DNA of 64,000 nucleotides from Acidimicrobiales bacterium (GTDB lineage Bacteria > Actinomycetota > Acidimicrobiia > Acidimicrobiales > CATQHL01). Position 1 is the first letter of the stretch; each line of letters begins with the position of its first letter. The notes below the pieces were generated by a model. That model did not search any database. It was not told where the DNA came from and worked only from the letters and a program-made list of their open reading frames with translations. The stretch is from positions 2,592,286 through 2,656,285 of the forward strand of contig OZ251507.1 of the NCBI GenBank assembly GCA_965242895.1. Direction: 5' to 3'. This document shows positions 1 through 12,800 of this stretch, in pieces. The position numbers and the translations under genes are program-made.

Positions 1-1754
1 CTTCAGCGGCGGATGTTGAAGCCTGTCAGGAAGCAGCCGAACTTGCAGCAACTGGGTGGAGACCTGTCGGCAATCTACCGCCCAGAGGAAAAGGGTTGGG
101 GTTCAGGGTTCAGGCTTATGGCTTTGAGAAGTGGTGGCAGTTGTTCACCGACCGTCAACTCATAGCCCTCACCACGTTTTCAGATCTCTTAGCTGAGGTG
201 CATAAACGGGTGGTTATCGATGCTGCTTCTGCAGGTTTGGCTGAAAAGGGGAAGCACCTGAGGGATAAGGGATCAGGTGCTGTCGCTTACGCCGACGCGG
301 TTGTGACATATTTGGCTTTTGCTCTCGATAAGTGCGCCGACTACTGGTCGAGCATCTCCACTTGGGACAAGTCGGGTGAGAAAATTGGGCACACTTTTCC
401 GCGTCAAACTTTATCGATGTCTTGGGATTTTTGCGAAGCCAACCCTTTTTCATCTTCGACTGGAAACTGGATGTCAATGGTCAATCGGGTAGCAAAAGCG
501 CTCGAAACTTTACCTTCGGCAGGGACGGCAGAAGTATGGCAACAGGATGCGCGAATCCTGATACACAGTACAACTGGAGTGGTAATTTCCACCGATCCTC
601 CCTATTACGACAACATCGGTTATGCGAATATCTCCGATTTTTTCTATGTTTGGCTGCGCCATAACCTTGCCGATGTCTGGCCAGATGAGTGCGCCACGCT
701 GTTATCGCCGAAAGTTGGCGAACTCATTGCTGATTCGAGTCGTCATGGGGGTAAGAAAGAAGCGAGAGAACATTTCGAGTCGGGGATGGGCGAGTTCATG
801 GCTGAAGTTGCGGCATCGCAGCATCCTGATGTGCCTGCCACTATCTACTACGCATATAAAGCCACGGAAAATACTGAAGATGGTGGCGTGCGTTCGACAG
901 GTTGGGACACTTTTTTGCAAGCTGTGATTGATTCCGGACTTCAAATCACTGCTACTTGGCCTCTGCGTACAGAACGACAAATCAGATTAAATTCCATAGG
1001 CTCCAATGCTCTCGCTTCCTCGGTCGTTCTGGCCTGCCGTCCTCGCCCGGCGTCGGCTGCTCTCGCTACTCGGAGTGAGTTCATTGCCGAGCTTCGTGAC
1101 AAACTCCCGTTAGCAATCAAGGTCATGCAGTCCGGCAACATTGCTCCCGTCGACTTGCCGCAGTCGACCATAGGGCCTGGCATCAAAGTGTTCTCCGGCT
1201 ATGCCAAGGTTGTTGAGGCCAGCGGTATGCAGATGTCGGTGAGCGACGCTTTGGCGCTCATCAACGAGGTGCTCGATGATGTTCTTCATGGGGAGGAGTC
1301 TGAACTCGATTCCGACACTCGTTTCGCTTTGGCTTGGTATGCGCAGCACGGTTTTGAGCCAGCCCCGTTCGGAGACGCTGATTCCATCGCTCGAGCCAAG
1401 AACACTTCTGTGGAGGGTGTAGTCAGGGCGGGCGTCGGGGAGACCTCTGTCGGGAAGTTCCGCCTTTACCGCCGCTCGGAGTTGGATGAGGACTGGGATC
1501 CCACCAGCGACAGCAGGCTGACTGCCTGGGAAGCCCTTCAGCACTTAGCGGCGCGCCTGGAGCGCTCGGAGTCGCAGGCCACTGATTTGTTAGCACGCCT
1601 AGGAAACACCGGTGATGGCGCCCGCCAACTCGCCTACCTCCTGTACAAGATCGCTAGCGACAACCGATGGGCGGAAGAAGCACTCACCTACAACAACCTG
1701 ATAGCTGTCTGGCCGATACTGCGAAATAAGTCGCAACTTGAATTAGGGATCTAG
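1..1754 (+). CDS. DUF1156-family (COG1743-type) DNA methyltransferase, tandem paralogue 1; 5' end lies upstream of the window
   Basis: The frame is open from nt 3 (SAADVEACQEAAELAATGW...). It is collinear with roughly the last 580 residues of the next two genes. It has motif IV TDPPYYDNIGYA and the shared C-terminal tail RLERSESQA..RQLAYLLYKIA..WAEEALTYNNLI. The ORF-track start at 96 is only an in-frame TTG. Confidence 0.85.
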   Translation, partial: SAADVEACQEAAELAATGWRPVGNLPPRGKGLGFRVQAYGFEKWWQLFTDRQLIALTTFSDLLAEVHKRVVIDAASAGLAEKGKHLRDKGSGAVAYADAVVTYLAFALDKCADYWSSISTWDKSGEKIGHTFPRQTLSMSWDFCEANPFSSSTGNWMSMVNRVAKALETLPSAGTAEVWQQDARILIHSTTGVVISTDPPYYDNIGYANISDFFYVWLRHNLADVWPDECATLLSPKVGELIADSSRHGGKKEAREHFESGMGEFMAEVAASQHPDVPATIYYAYKATENTEDGGVRSTGWDTFLQAVIDSGLQITATWPLRTERQIRLNSIGSNALASSVVLACRPRPASAALATRSEFIAELRDKLPLAIKVMQSGNIAPVDLPQSTIGPGIKVFSGYAKVVEASGMQMSVSDALALINEVLDDVLHGEESELDSDTRFALAWYAQHGFEPAPFGDADSIARAKNTSVEGVVRAGVGETSVGKFRLYRRSELDEDWDPTSDSRLTAWEALQHLAARLERSESQATDLLARLGNTGDGARQLAYLLYKIASDNRWAEEALTYNNLIAVWPILRNKSQLELGI

Positions 1755-1774
1755 CAAAGGCCTGTTGTCCTACA

Positions 1775-1874
1775 GGAACGGGTAGCTAATTCCGCTGAGG
1801 GCACGGAAGTGTAAGCGGGCGTCACGCCCGTCGAAGTTGCCATTCTGGAACGGGTAGCTAATTCCGCTGAGGGC
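1775..1874. repeat. Direct duplication with exact 72-bp period in the inter-paralogue spacer
   Basis: GGAACGGGTAGCTAATTCCGCTGAGGGC occurs at 1775-1802 and 1847-1874. A degenerate third copy (GGACAGGGAAACTAATTCCGCTAAGGGC) is at 4999-5026 in the next spacer. Confidence 0.9.
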
Positions 1875-1994
1875 GTGAATAGGGCACTCGATGAATGGGC
1901 GGTGTTCGTGAGGTCTTCTAGGGGACAACTTCTTGTGGGTCGTCATTGCGTCTAGTCGCAAGCAACAGAATGCTCAAAGTCTTAGAGTTGCAAG

Positions 1995-2125
1995 GTGAAT
2001 GACTTTCAAGCGCAAGTTGATCGAAGAGGCAGATGCCGCTGAGAGTGACATGGTGAGGGCGTGAACGTCTCTAAGCCGAAGTTGATCGGGGTGGCGGATA
2101 CCGCTGAGTGTGGCAAGGTGAGAGT
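1995..2125 (+). repeat. Two degenerate tandem copies (~65-bp period) of the methyltransferase start region upstream of paralogue 2
   Basis: GTGAATGACTTTCAAGCGCAAGTTGATCGAAGAGGC starts at 1995. GTGAACGTCTCTAAGCCGAAGTTGATCGGGGTGGCG starts at 2061. Both mimic the real start GTGAACGTCTATAAGCCGAAGCTGATTGAGGTGGCG at 2126. The 2061 copy opens a 22-codon uORF (VNVSKPKLIGVADTAECGKVRV) whose TGA (2127-2129) overlaps the GTG at 2126. Confidence 0.8.
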
Positions 2126-4966
2126 GTGAACGTCTATAAGCCGAAGCTGATTGAGGTGGCGCTGCCCCTCCATGCGATCAACAAGGCGTCGGCGCGGGAG
2201 AAGTCGATCCGGCATGGGCATCCGTCGACGCTGCATTTGTGGTGGTCGCGGAAGCCTTTGGCGGCTTGTCGGGCTGTGCTGTGGGCTTCGTTGGTGGATG
2301 ACCCGTCGGCGCACCCGGACAGGTTTCCGACCGAAGAGTCTCAGGTCGTGGAGCGCAAGCGCTTGTTCGGAATCTTGGAAGACTTGGTGGTTTGGGAGAA
2401 CAGCAACAATACGGATGTGCTAGCCGAGGCTAAGGCTGAGGTTGAGCGGTGTTTCCCAGGCGGGCCGCCGGCGGTGCTCGACCCGTTTGCCGGGGGTGGC
2501 TCCATTCCGTTGGAGGCTCAGCGGCTGGGGTTGACGGCGTTGGCCGGCGAGTTGAATCCGGTGGCGGTTTTGATCAACAAGGCGATGCTGGAGTTTCCGA
2601 CGCGTTTCGCAGGGCGACCGCCGGTGCATCCTGAGGCCAGAAGTGCTTCCAGCACGGGGAGCAGGGGGCGGGGGCGGCGTTCGGATCGATCCGAGGGCGC
2701 CGAGGGTGCTGATAGTGATTTCACCATGTGGAGCGGGGCGCAGGGGTTGGCTGCTGACATCAGGGCTTACGGGGCTTGGATGAGGGACGAAGCTCAGCGC
2801 AGGATCGGGCACTTGTACCCGGACGCTGTTGGCCCTGACGGGGAGAAGTTGACTCCGATTGCGTGGATTTGGGCTAAGACTGTGCGGTCTCCTGACCCAG
2901 CGTGGGAGGGGCATGTGCCGTTGGTTAGCTCGTGGACGCTTCGTAAGGCGATGCGAGGCAAGCCCGAGGTGTGGGTGGAACCGATCGTGGACAAGGCAGC
3001 TCAGAGTATTTCTTATCGTGTGAGAGAGGGCAGTGCCCCGCCGACCTTAGAACGCACTGTCAATAGGGGGAATGGGGTTTGCGTCGCCACTGGCGCGGCG
3101 ATTCCGGTGAACTACATAAGAACCGAGGGGCAGGCGGGGCGCATGGGTGCACATCTCTTGGCGGTCGTGGCTGAAGGGAATAGAAGACGTCAGTATTTTG
3201 AATCTTCAGCAGCGGATGTCAATGTCTGTCAGGCAGCAGCCGAACTTGCAGAGACTGGCTGGAAGCCTGCCGGCAACCTACCCCCCCGAGGAAAAGGGTT
3301 GGGGTTCAGCGTGCAAAACTATGGCTATGAGAAGTGGTGGCAGTTGTTCACCGACCGTCAACTCGTGGCCTTGACCACGTTTTCTGATCTCTTGGGTGAA
3401 GTCCGTGAACAGGTTCTTGATTGTGCGAGATACGCCGGTCTAGCAGACGATGGGGTTCGACTGCGGGACGGAGGAGCGGGTGCGGTCGCCTACGCTGACG
3501 CGGTTGTGACCTACTTGGCGTTCGTGGTCGATAAGTGTGCCGACTACTGGTCGAAAGTTAGTACTTGGATTAATTCCCGCGAAACAATTAGAAGTACGTT
3601 CGTACTGCCTGTCATCTCAATGTCTTGGGATTTTGCTGAAGTCAATCCGTTTTCTTCGTCTACAGGCAATTGGCTGGGACAACTAGAGTGGGTGTGCAGG
3701 GCTGTTGAGCGCCATCCGGCGAGAGGTGATGCGGAGGTTGAGCAGAAGGATGCTCGGGTAAGGACACAAGAATCAGTCGGGTGTTTGATCTCAACAGACC
3801 CTCCCAATTACGACAACATCGGCTATGCGGATATCTCCGACTTTTACTATGTGTGGCTGCGTCGTAACCTCGCTGATGTCTGGCCGGATGAGTGTGCCAC
3901 GCTGTTGTCGCCGAAAGTTGACGAACTAATCGCTGATTCCAGTCGTCATGGGGGCAGGAAGGAAGCTCAAGAACACTTCGAGTCGGGGATGGCCGAGTTC
4001 ATGGCTGCGGCTGCGGCATCGCAGCATCCTGATGTTCCTACCACTATTTACTACGCCTACAAAGCTACGGAAACTTCAGAAGAAGGCAGAGTGCGTTCGA
4101 CAGGTTGGGACACGTTCTTGCAGGCAGTAATCGATGCCGGTTTGCAAGTCACTGCTACTTGGCCTCTGCGAACAGAACGACAAATCAGATCACATTTCTT
4201 TGGTTCTACTGCCCTCGCTTCCTCGGTTGTTCTAGTTTGTCGTCCTCGCCCGGCGTCGGCTTCTCTCGCTACTCGAAGCGAGTTCATCGCTGCGCTTCGT
4301 GAAGAACTCCCGCGGGTGATCAAGCTCCTGCAGTCTGGCAACATTGCTCCCGTCGACTTGCCCCAGTCGACAATCGGCCCTGGCATCCAAGTGTTCTCCC
4401 GCTATGCCAGGGTTATCGAGGCCAGCGGTACGCGGATGCCTGTGAGCGACGCTTTGGCAATCGTCAACGAGGTGCTCGACGAGGTTCTCCACGGGGAGGA
4501 AACCGAGGTGGACGCTGAAACTCGCTTCGCCTTGGCTTGGTACACGCAGCACGGCTTCGAAGCCGGCCCGTTTGGTGGATTTGGTGGAGCGGAGTCCGTA
4601 GCTAGGGCAAAGAACACTGCCATTGAAGAGGTGATCAAAGCTGGGATAGGTGAAGCCACCGCTGGGAGGTTCCGTCTGTACGCTCGTTCGGAACTCGATC
4701 CCGACTGGGATCCCTCAAGCGGCACCAGTCTGATTGCTTGGGAGGCGCTCCAGCATTTAGCGGCGCGGTTAGAAAGGTCGGAGTCGCAGGCGGCTGATTT
4801 GCTTGCGCGCCTAGGAAGCACCGCCGACGGCGCCCGCCAACTCGCCTATCTCCTGCACAAGATTGCTAGCGGCAACCGCTGGGCGGAAGAAGCACTCACC
4901 TACAACAATCTCATAACTGTCTGGCCGATACTAATGATGTTTCCACGTGTGCAACTGACACTTTAG
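2126..4966 (+). CDS. DUF1156-family DNA methyltransferase, tandem paralogue 2 (motif IV reads DPPN instead of DPPY)
   Basis: N-terminus is VNVYKPKLIEVALPLHAINKASAREKSIRHGHPSTLHLWWSRKPLAACRAVLWASLVDDP (DUF1156 signature). Motif I is DPFAGGGSIPLEAQRLG. Motif IV is STDPPNYDNIGYA. The ORF track starts at GTG 2108; I prefer GTG 2126 by alignment with paralogue 3 (MSTYRRKLIEV). Confidence 0.85.
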   Translation: MNVYKPKLIEVALPLHAINKASAREKSIRHGHPSTLHLWWSRKPLAACRAVLWASLVDDPSAHPDRFPTEESQVVERKRLFGILEDLVVWENSNNTDVLAEAKAEVERCFPGGPPAVLDPFAGGGSIPLEAQRLGLTALAGELNPVAVLINKAMLEFPTRFAGRPPVHPEARSASSTGSRGRGRRSDRSEGAEGADSDFTMWSGAQGLAADIRAYGAWMRDEAQRRIGHLYPDAVGPDGEKLTPIAWIWAKTVRSPDPAWEGHVPLVSSWTLRKAMRGKPEVWVEPIVDKAAQSISYRVREGSAPPTLERTVNRGNGVCVATGAAIPVNYIRTEGQAGRMGAHLLAVVAEGNRRRQYFESSAADVNVCQAAAELAETGWKPAGNLPPRGKGLGFSVQNYGYEKWWQLFTDRQLVALTTFSDLLGEVREQVLDCARYAGLADDGVRLRDGGAGAVAYADAVVTYLAFVVDKCADYWSKVSTWINSRETIRSTFVLPVISMSWDFAEVNPFSSSTGNWLGQLEWVCRAVERHPARGDAEVEQKDARVRTQESVGCLISTDPPNYDNIGYADISDFYYVWLRRNLADVWPDECATLLSPKVDELIADSSRHGGRKEAQEHFESGMAEFMAAAAASQHPDVPTTIYYAYKATETSEEGRVRSTGWDTFLQAVIDAGLQVTATWPLRTERQIRSHFFGSTALASSVVLVCRPRPASASLATRSEFIAALREELPRVIKLLQSGNIAPVDLPQSTIGPGIQVFSRYARVIEASGTRMPVSDALAIVNEVLDEVLHGEETEVDAETRFALAWYTQHGFEAGPFGGFGGAESVARAKNTAIEEVIKAGIGEATAGRFRLYARSELDPDWDPSSGTSLIAWEALQHLAARLERSESQAADLLARLGSTADGARQLAYLLHKIASGNRWAEEALTYNNLITVWPILMMFPRVQLTL

Positions 4967-5148
4967 TTTCGCGCCGAGTAAGAACCTGTTGCCACACTGG
5001 ACAGGGAAACTAATTCCGCTAAGGGCGAGAATGGGGGGCGATGCGTTGGCGGTGCTCGCGAGGTCTTCTAGGTGGGTAACTTCTTGCAGGTTGTCATTGC
5101 GTCTAGTTACGGCAACGTGATGCTCAAAGTCTTAGAGTGGCAAGGTGA

Positions 5149-8070
<2,922 letters not shown>

Positions 8071-8323
8071 ACGGGTTCTAGAGGTCGAACGGGGACATCG
8101 AACCCCGTCGGAGGCTAGGCGCCCAAGGTCGAGGAAACTCCCGATGTTCTAGACCGCAGGCCGTTCTTGGTCTGATCGGCCAAGGCGCCTGCTGGGGGTA
8201 TCCGGCCTTGCTCGCTACCGATACTTGTGCAAGGAGTTGTCGGCGATGGGGGGTATCAAGACATCTGCCTATGGCCGTGCTAGCGCTGGCAGCCCATCGA
8301 TTTGCTTGATGAAACGCAAAGTA

Positions 8324-8352
8324 TTGCGATAGTTACACTTTTCTTTGATAGT
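8324..8352 (+). promoter_or_regulatory. Putative sigma70-like promoter of the XRE-ImmA gene
   Basis: TTGCGA (8324-8329), then 17 nt, then GATAGT (8347-8352), in an AT-rich stretch. A purine-rich RBS AAGAAGGGG lies 7 nt before ATG 8387. This is a pattern match only. Confidence 0.3.
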
Positions 8353-8386
8353 ATGTAAATAATGCCACAAAAAGAAGGGGCTACAC

Positions 8387-9622
8387 ATGGAAAATTTACA
8401 TACAACACTTATGAGAGCACGAGAGCGAATTGGTTATTCACAAGAAGCAATTGGAGCCGCGCTCGGAATCAGCCGAGCCATGGTTTCTTACTGGGAGACA
8501 GGCAGCCGCAAGCCGAACGACCGCCAACTCAACGCCCTTGCGCGCCTTTACGAAGTGGAGTTGGCCGATCTGCTGGCGGGCCGCAACATTGAACCGGCGG
8601 GCGCAAACCTTGCTGAGCTGATGTTACGCGCCAATGGAGGAGTCGACCCTGCTTCGTCGCCGGGTATCCATGAGTTTGTTGGTTTCCTGGAACGCCACGC
8701 TGAACTAGCGGAGATGTTGCAACTGCCTATTCGCGGCATGCGAGAAAGTCCGTTCACATTTCGGGAAGAATTCTCGGCAAAGAGTGATATAAGCCGAAAG
8801 GCCGAGGAAGTGCGCGCACATCTTCGCCTTGGCATTGCGCCTATTTATGACCTCGACGTGATATGTGAGACATTGGGAATAACGCTCTACAGGGCGTCTC
8901 TTGGAGGAGACTTGCGCAGGTTTCCGTCAGGGGCGTTCCTAAAGCACCCCGAGGTGGGGTTTTCAATTCTTGTGAACTTAGACATGACGCCAGGGCGCCG
9001 TCGTTTTACTATCGCACATGAACTTGCGCACGCTCTCTTCCACAGTCACGACAACCCTGCGCTGGTTTCGCAGACGGGCGCCTCAGGCGCCTCAAGGGAG
9101 GCGTTCGCTGACGAATTTGCGGGCGAATTCCTTATGCCTAGAGAGGGAGTTCGTCAATTCATGGAGAGGATGGATATGCCGCGGCGTGTGAGCGACCCCG
9201 TGGAAGCAATCCACATTCAGCGGTATTTCCGCGTTTCATGGGCGACAACACTTGTGCGGCTATATCAGATGAACACACTCTCCGAAAGCGATTTTCAGCA
9301 ATTTAGAAGAGAAGTGAAGCCGGTGTTTCTAGCGCGTTCTCTGGGATACGAGATATATCCGGAAGAACTCAAGCAATTCCCCGAACTTTGGACACTCCGC
9401 AGATTTCCCAGGCTGTTCCTACGCATGCTGCGAAAGGCGGTTCGTGACGAGATGATGTCGATCTCGACAGCGGCATCGTTTGCTGGTCTAGCCGTGCCTG
9501 ATGTCGTCAACCTCATCGGAGGGCCAGGGTCAGGTGCTAGCGAAACCGAGGTGAACGATCACGCTGTTGAGTTTGAAGAATACGAATCAAGCGACATAAT
9601 CTCGTTCGCACAGGCTGCGTAG
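8387..9622 (+). CDS. XRE-family HTH fused to an ImmA/IrrE-type (COG2856, M78-like) zinc metallopeptidase domain
   Basis: The N-terminal HTH is LMRARERIGYSQEAIGAALGISRAMVSYWETGSRKPNDRQLNALARLY. The HEXXH motif is in FTIAHELAHALFH, followed by ADEFAGEFLMP. Confidence 0.8.
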   Translation: MENLHTTLMRARERIGYSQEAIGAALGISRAMVSYWETGSRKPNDRQLNALARLYEVELADLLAGRNIEPAGANLAELMLRANGGVDPASSPGIHEFVGFLERHAELAEMLQLPIRGMRESPFTFREEFSAKSDISRKAEEVRAHLRLGIAPIYDLDVICETLGITLYRASLGGDLRRFPSGAFLKHPEVGFSILVNLDMTPGRRRFTIAHELAHALFHSHDNPALVSQTGASGASREAFADEFAGEFLMPREGVRQFMERMDMPRRVSDPVEAIHIQRYFRVSWATTLVRLYQMNTLSESDFQQFRREVKPVFLARSLGYEIYPEELKQFPELWTLRRFPRLFLRMLRKAVRDEMMSISTAASFAGLAVPDVVNLIGGPGSGASETEVNDHAVEFEEYESSDIISFAQAA

Positions 9623-9818
9623 ATTATGGGCGAATTACTTGCCCCAAGAGATGAGAGACAAAGGCTTCTGGGATACTGAGCCGCCTTTTCCAGGCGCCGG
9701 AAACTGAGTAGCCTGTTGCCATATGAATCTGGAAACTAAAGGGCAACGCCTGGGCTCGCATCCAGTTTCGAAAAAGAAAGATTCGCAGAACTAGCTGACA
9801 GCATAGGGGAATCAACAG

Positions 9819-12800
9819 ATGGCAACGATGACCAACAACGCAAGGGTCGCAAAAGCGCTCGAATTATTGCGCGACGGGCTAGCGCCCAAGTGCGAAGAGA
9901 CATGGAAGGGGTTCTACGGGGGCGGCTGGCTGAAGACCGTCAACCGCATGCAGCGCACACAGGCTCACGATCCCTCCACAAGCGATGTGTCCTTCCTGCT
10001 TAACGCGATCAAATCCACTTGGGATGAAGTGTTTTCACATGGCTTCCCGAGGGCGGTGCTCTCCCTGGTTTTTGAAGCGGCGACGGCGCGCAATCGATGG
10101 GCGCACCAGGAACAGTTCTCCAGCGACGACACCAATCGTGCGCTGGACACCATGGAGCGCTTGCTCGATGCGTTCGGCAATGTCGAGCAGCAGCAACAGA
10201 TGCGCAGTCTGCGGCGTGACCTGATGCGCCGCGTCTTTGAGCAGGAATCGCATAACGAGCGTCGCAAAGCTTCCGCCAAACCCACAGAGGGGGAGCCTCA
10301 AGGGGGGCTGACGCCATGGCGAGAGATCATCACCCCGCACGAGGACGTGCGTTCAGGGCGTCTCAACCAGGCCGAGTTTGCAGCTGACCTGCACGAAGTC
10401 GCCTCAGGTCGGGGCGAGGAGGAATACGGAGACCCTAAGGCGTTCTTTGCTCGAACCTACATGACCAGGGGTTTGGAAGACCTTCTAGTGGGGGCTGCGC
10501 GGCGTCTCTCCGGCGGGGCCGGCGAACCGGTCATTCAGCTGCAGACCAACTTCGGAGGCGGTAAGACGCACAGCATGATCGCCCTCTATCACCTCGCTTC
10601 CGGTGTTCCGCCCAGTGAGTTGCCCGGGGTGGGGGAGTTGCTGTCCGGTGAGAACTTGACGCTGCCATCGGAGATCAGCAAGGCCGTGCTAGTGGGTCAT
10701 AAAATCTCGGTGTCCACGCCAGAGACGGAGGACATGGAGGGGAGAACGCTTCCCGACGGCATCAGGCTGCACACGCTCTGGGGCCACTTGGCTTATCAAC
10801 TCGGCGGGAAGGAAGGTTACGAACTCGTTCGAGCCGACGATGAGGCTGCAACCAACCCAGGTGACTCCCTTCGGGCTTTGTTCACCCGGTTCGGCCCTGC
10901 CGTGGTGCTCATCGACGAGTGGGTTGCCTACGCCCGTCAACTTCCTGACGGAGGGTCGGGGTGGCGTGCGCGTGAGGCGGGAGGCGATTTCGACACGCAA
11001 TTCACCTTCGCCCAGGCGCTCACCGAAGCGGCGGCTGCGGTTTCGAACGTGGTTGTGCTTATCACAGTACCGGCTTCCGACATCGAGGTGGGAGGTGAGC
11101 TGGGCAGGTCTGCCTTGGCACGGCTGGAGAACGTGGTCAGCCGCACGGCTAAGCAGTGGCAGGCGGCCTCGCCTGCGGAGTCCTTCGAGATCGTCCGTCG
11201 GCGGCTATTCGACGAGATTGCAGCAGACAAGGTGAAGATGCGCGACGCCGTGATCGCCGCTTTCAGCAAGTGGTACGGCGACAAAGCGAGAGCGCCCGAT
11301 TTTCCCATCGAGGTCAAGGAAGCGGAGTACCGGCGCAAGATGGAAGCTTGCTATCCCATCCACCCCGAACTCTTCGACCGGCTGTTTGGGGATTGGTCTA
11401 CCCTCGACAAGTTCCAGCGCACCCGCGGGGTTCTGAGGTTAATGGCCCTGGCTATCTCCGAATTGTGGAAACGGGGCGACCAGTCTCTGCTGATAATGCC
11501 TGGCAACCTGCCGATGGACTCGGGGGTGTTGGTCAGCGAGATGACGAAATACCTGGAAGATGGCTGGGACCCGGTTATCAAGACCGACATCGACGGTGAA
11601 GGTTCCCTCCCGCTCCGTCTTGACAGGGAAAATAAACACTTCGGGCGTTATTCCGCCGCCCGCCGCGCAGCCCGCACCGTTTATATGGGTTCTGCACCTG
11701 GGGGAGAGGGTATAGAAGGTGGGGTGCAACGCGGTATCGACCTCAAGCGGGTGGTGTTGGGTTGCGTCCAGCCGGGTGAGCCGCCTAACCAGTTCGTCGA
11801 CGCTCTCAGGCGGTTGTCGGGGTCGGATGCAGCCACGTATTTGTATGTGGACGGCGCTTCGTACTGGTACTCGCGGCAGATCAACGTCGCGCGTCTGGCT
11901 CGAGACAGGGCAGAGGGATATCTTGACAGGGACGCCGACGAGGAGGTGCGGAAACGGATCGAAAGGCAGTCCGGTCGGGGGAGGAGAGGAAGTTTCTCTG
12001 CAGTACAGGTGTTTGCCGAGGGGCCGGGGGACGTGCCCGACGATGACGACGGTGTGAGACTCGTGGTCTTGACCCCCGAGAAGACCCACTCGAGGGGTGA
12101 CGAGCATTCTCAGGCGTCTGGCTTAGCGGGGGAGATATTGAACCAGCGAGACGCCGGACCGAGGCTGAATCGCAACATGCTGGTGTTCACGGCGGCGGAC
12201 GCAAACCGTCTGATAGACCTGCGCGCAGCGGCAAAGTCTTTCATGGCGTGGAAGTCGATAGACGAAGAAGCCGAGACTCTGAACCTGACCGCCCACCAGA
12301 ACAAGCAGGCCGATACCAAGTCCAAGGAAACCGACGAGCAGGTTGAAAGTCAGATCGCGGAGACTTTCATCCTAGTGCTCACCCCTAAGGGAAAGCCAGG
12401 CACTTCGGAGATCGATTGGCAGACCACCCGCGTGTCGCCGAGCAGTAAAGAGAGGTGGCTGGCAGCGCGTGTGAGCAGGAAACTGGAGAGCGAGGAGAAA
12501 CTGATCTCCACCTACGGAGGGGTGCGGGTGAAGATGGACTTGGATCGTTTCAAGCTGTGGTCGGAGCGGGGCGACCTGCAAGTGCGGACGCTCTGGGAGA
12601 AGTATGCGAGATTCCTGTATATGCCCAGGCTGGCCTCTTTGAAGTTCCTGCTGGAAGCAGTAGGCGATGGGCCGGGGAGCACGATGTGGAGGGAGGAGAC
12701 CTTCGCCTACGCCGAAGCCTGGGACGAGCAGAGGGAGACCTGGGTAGGAGTGCGCTCCGGTGCGCGGGCGAATGCGAACATAAGCGGATTTGTGGTGCAG

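Noticed and set aside
8083-8110. Hairpin ACGGGG-ACATCGAA-CCCCGT just after methyltransferase paralogue 3. On the minus strand (CGGGGTTCGATGTCCCCG) it resembles a tRNA T-arm, so it could be a tRNA-derived attachment-site remnant.
   Set aside because: The loop is 8 nt rather than 7. No acceptor stem, CCA context or anticodon arm can be built around it. It lies within an 81-bp duplication of the gene's 3' end (8041 and 8122), so a local duplication with a fortuitous hairpin is more likely.
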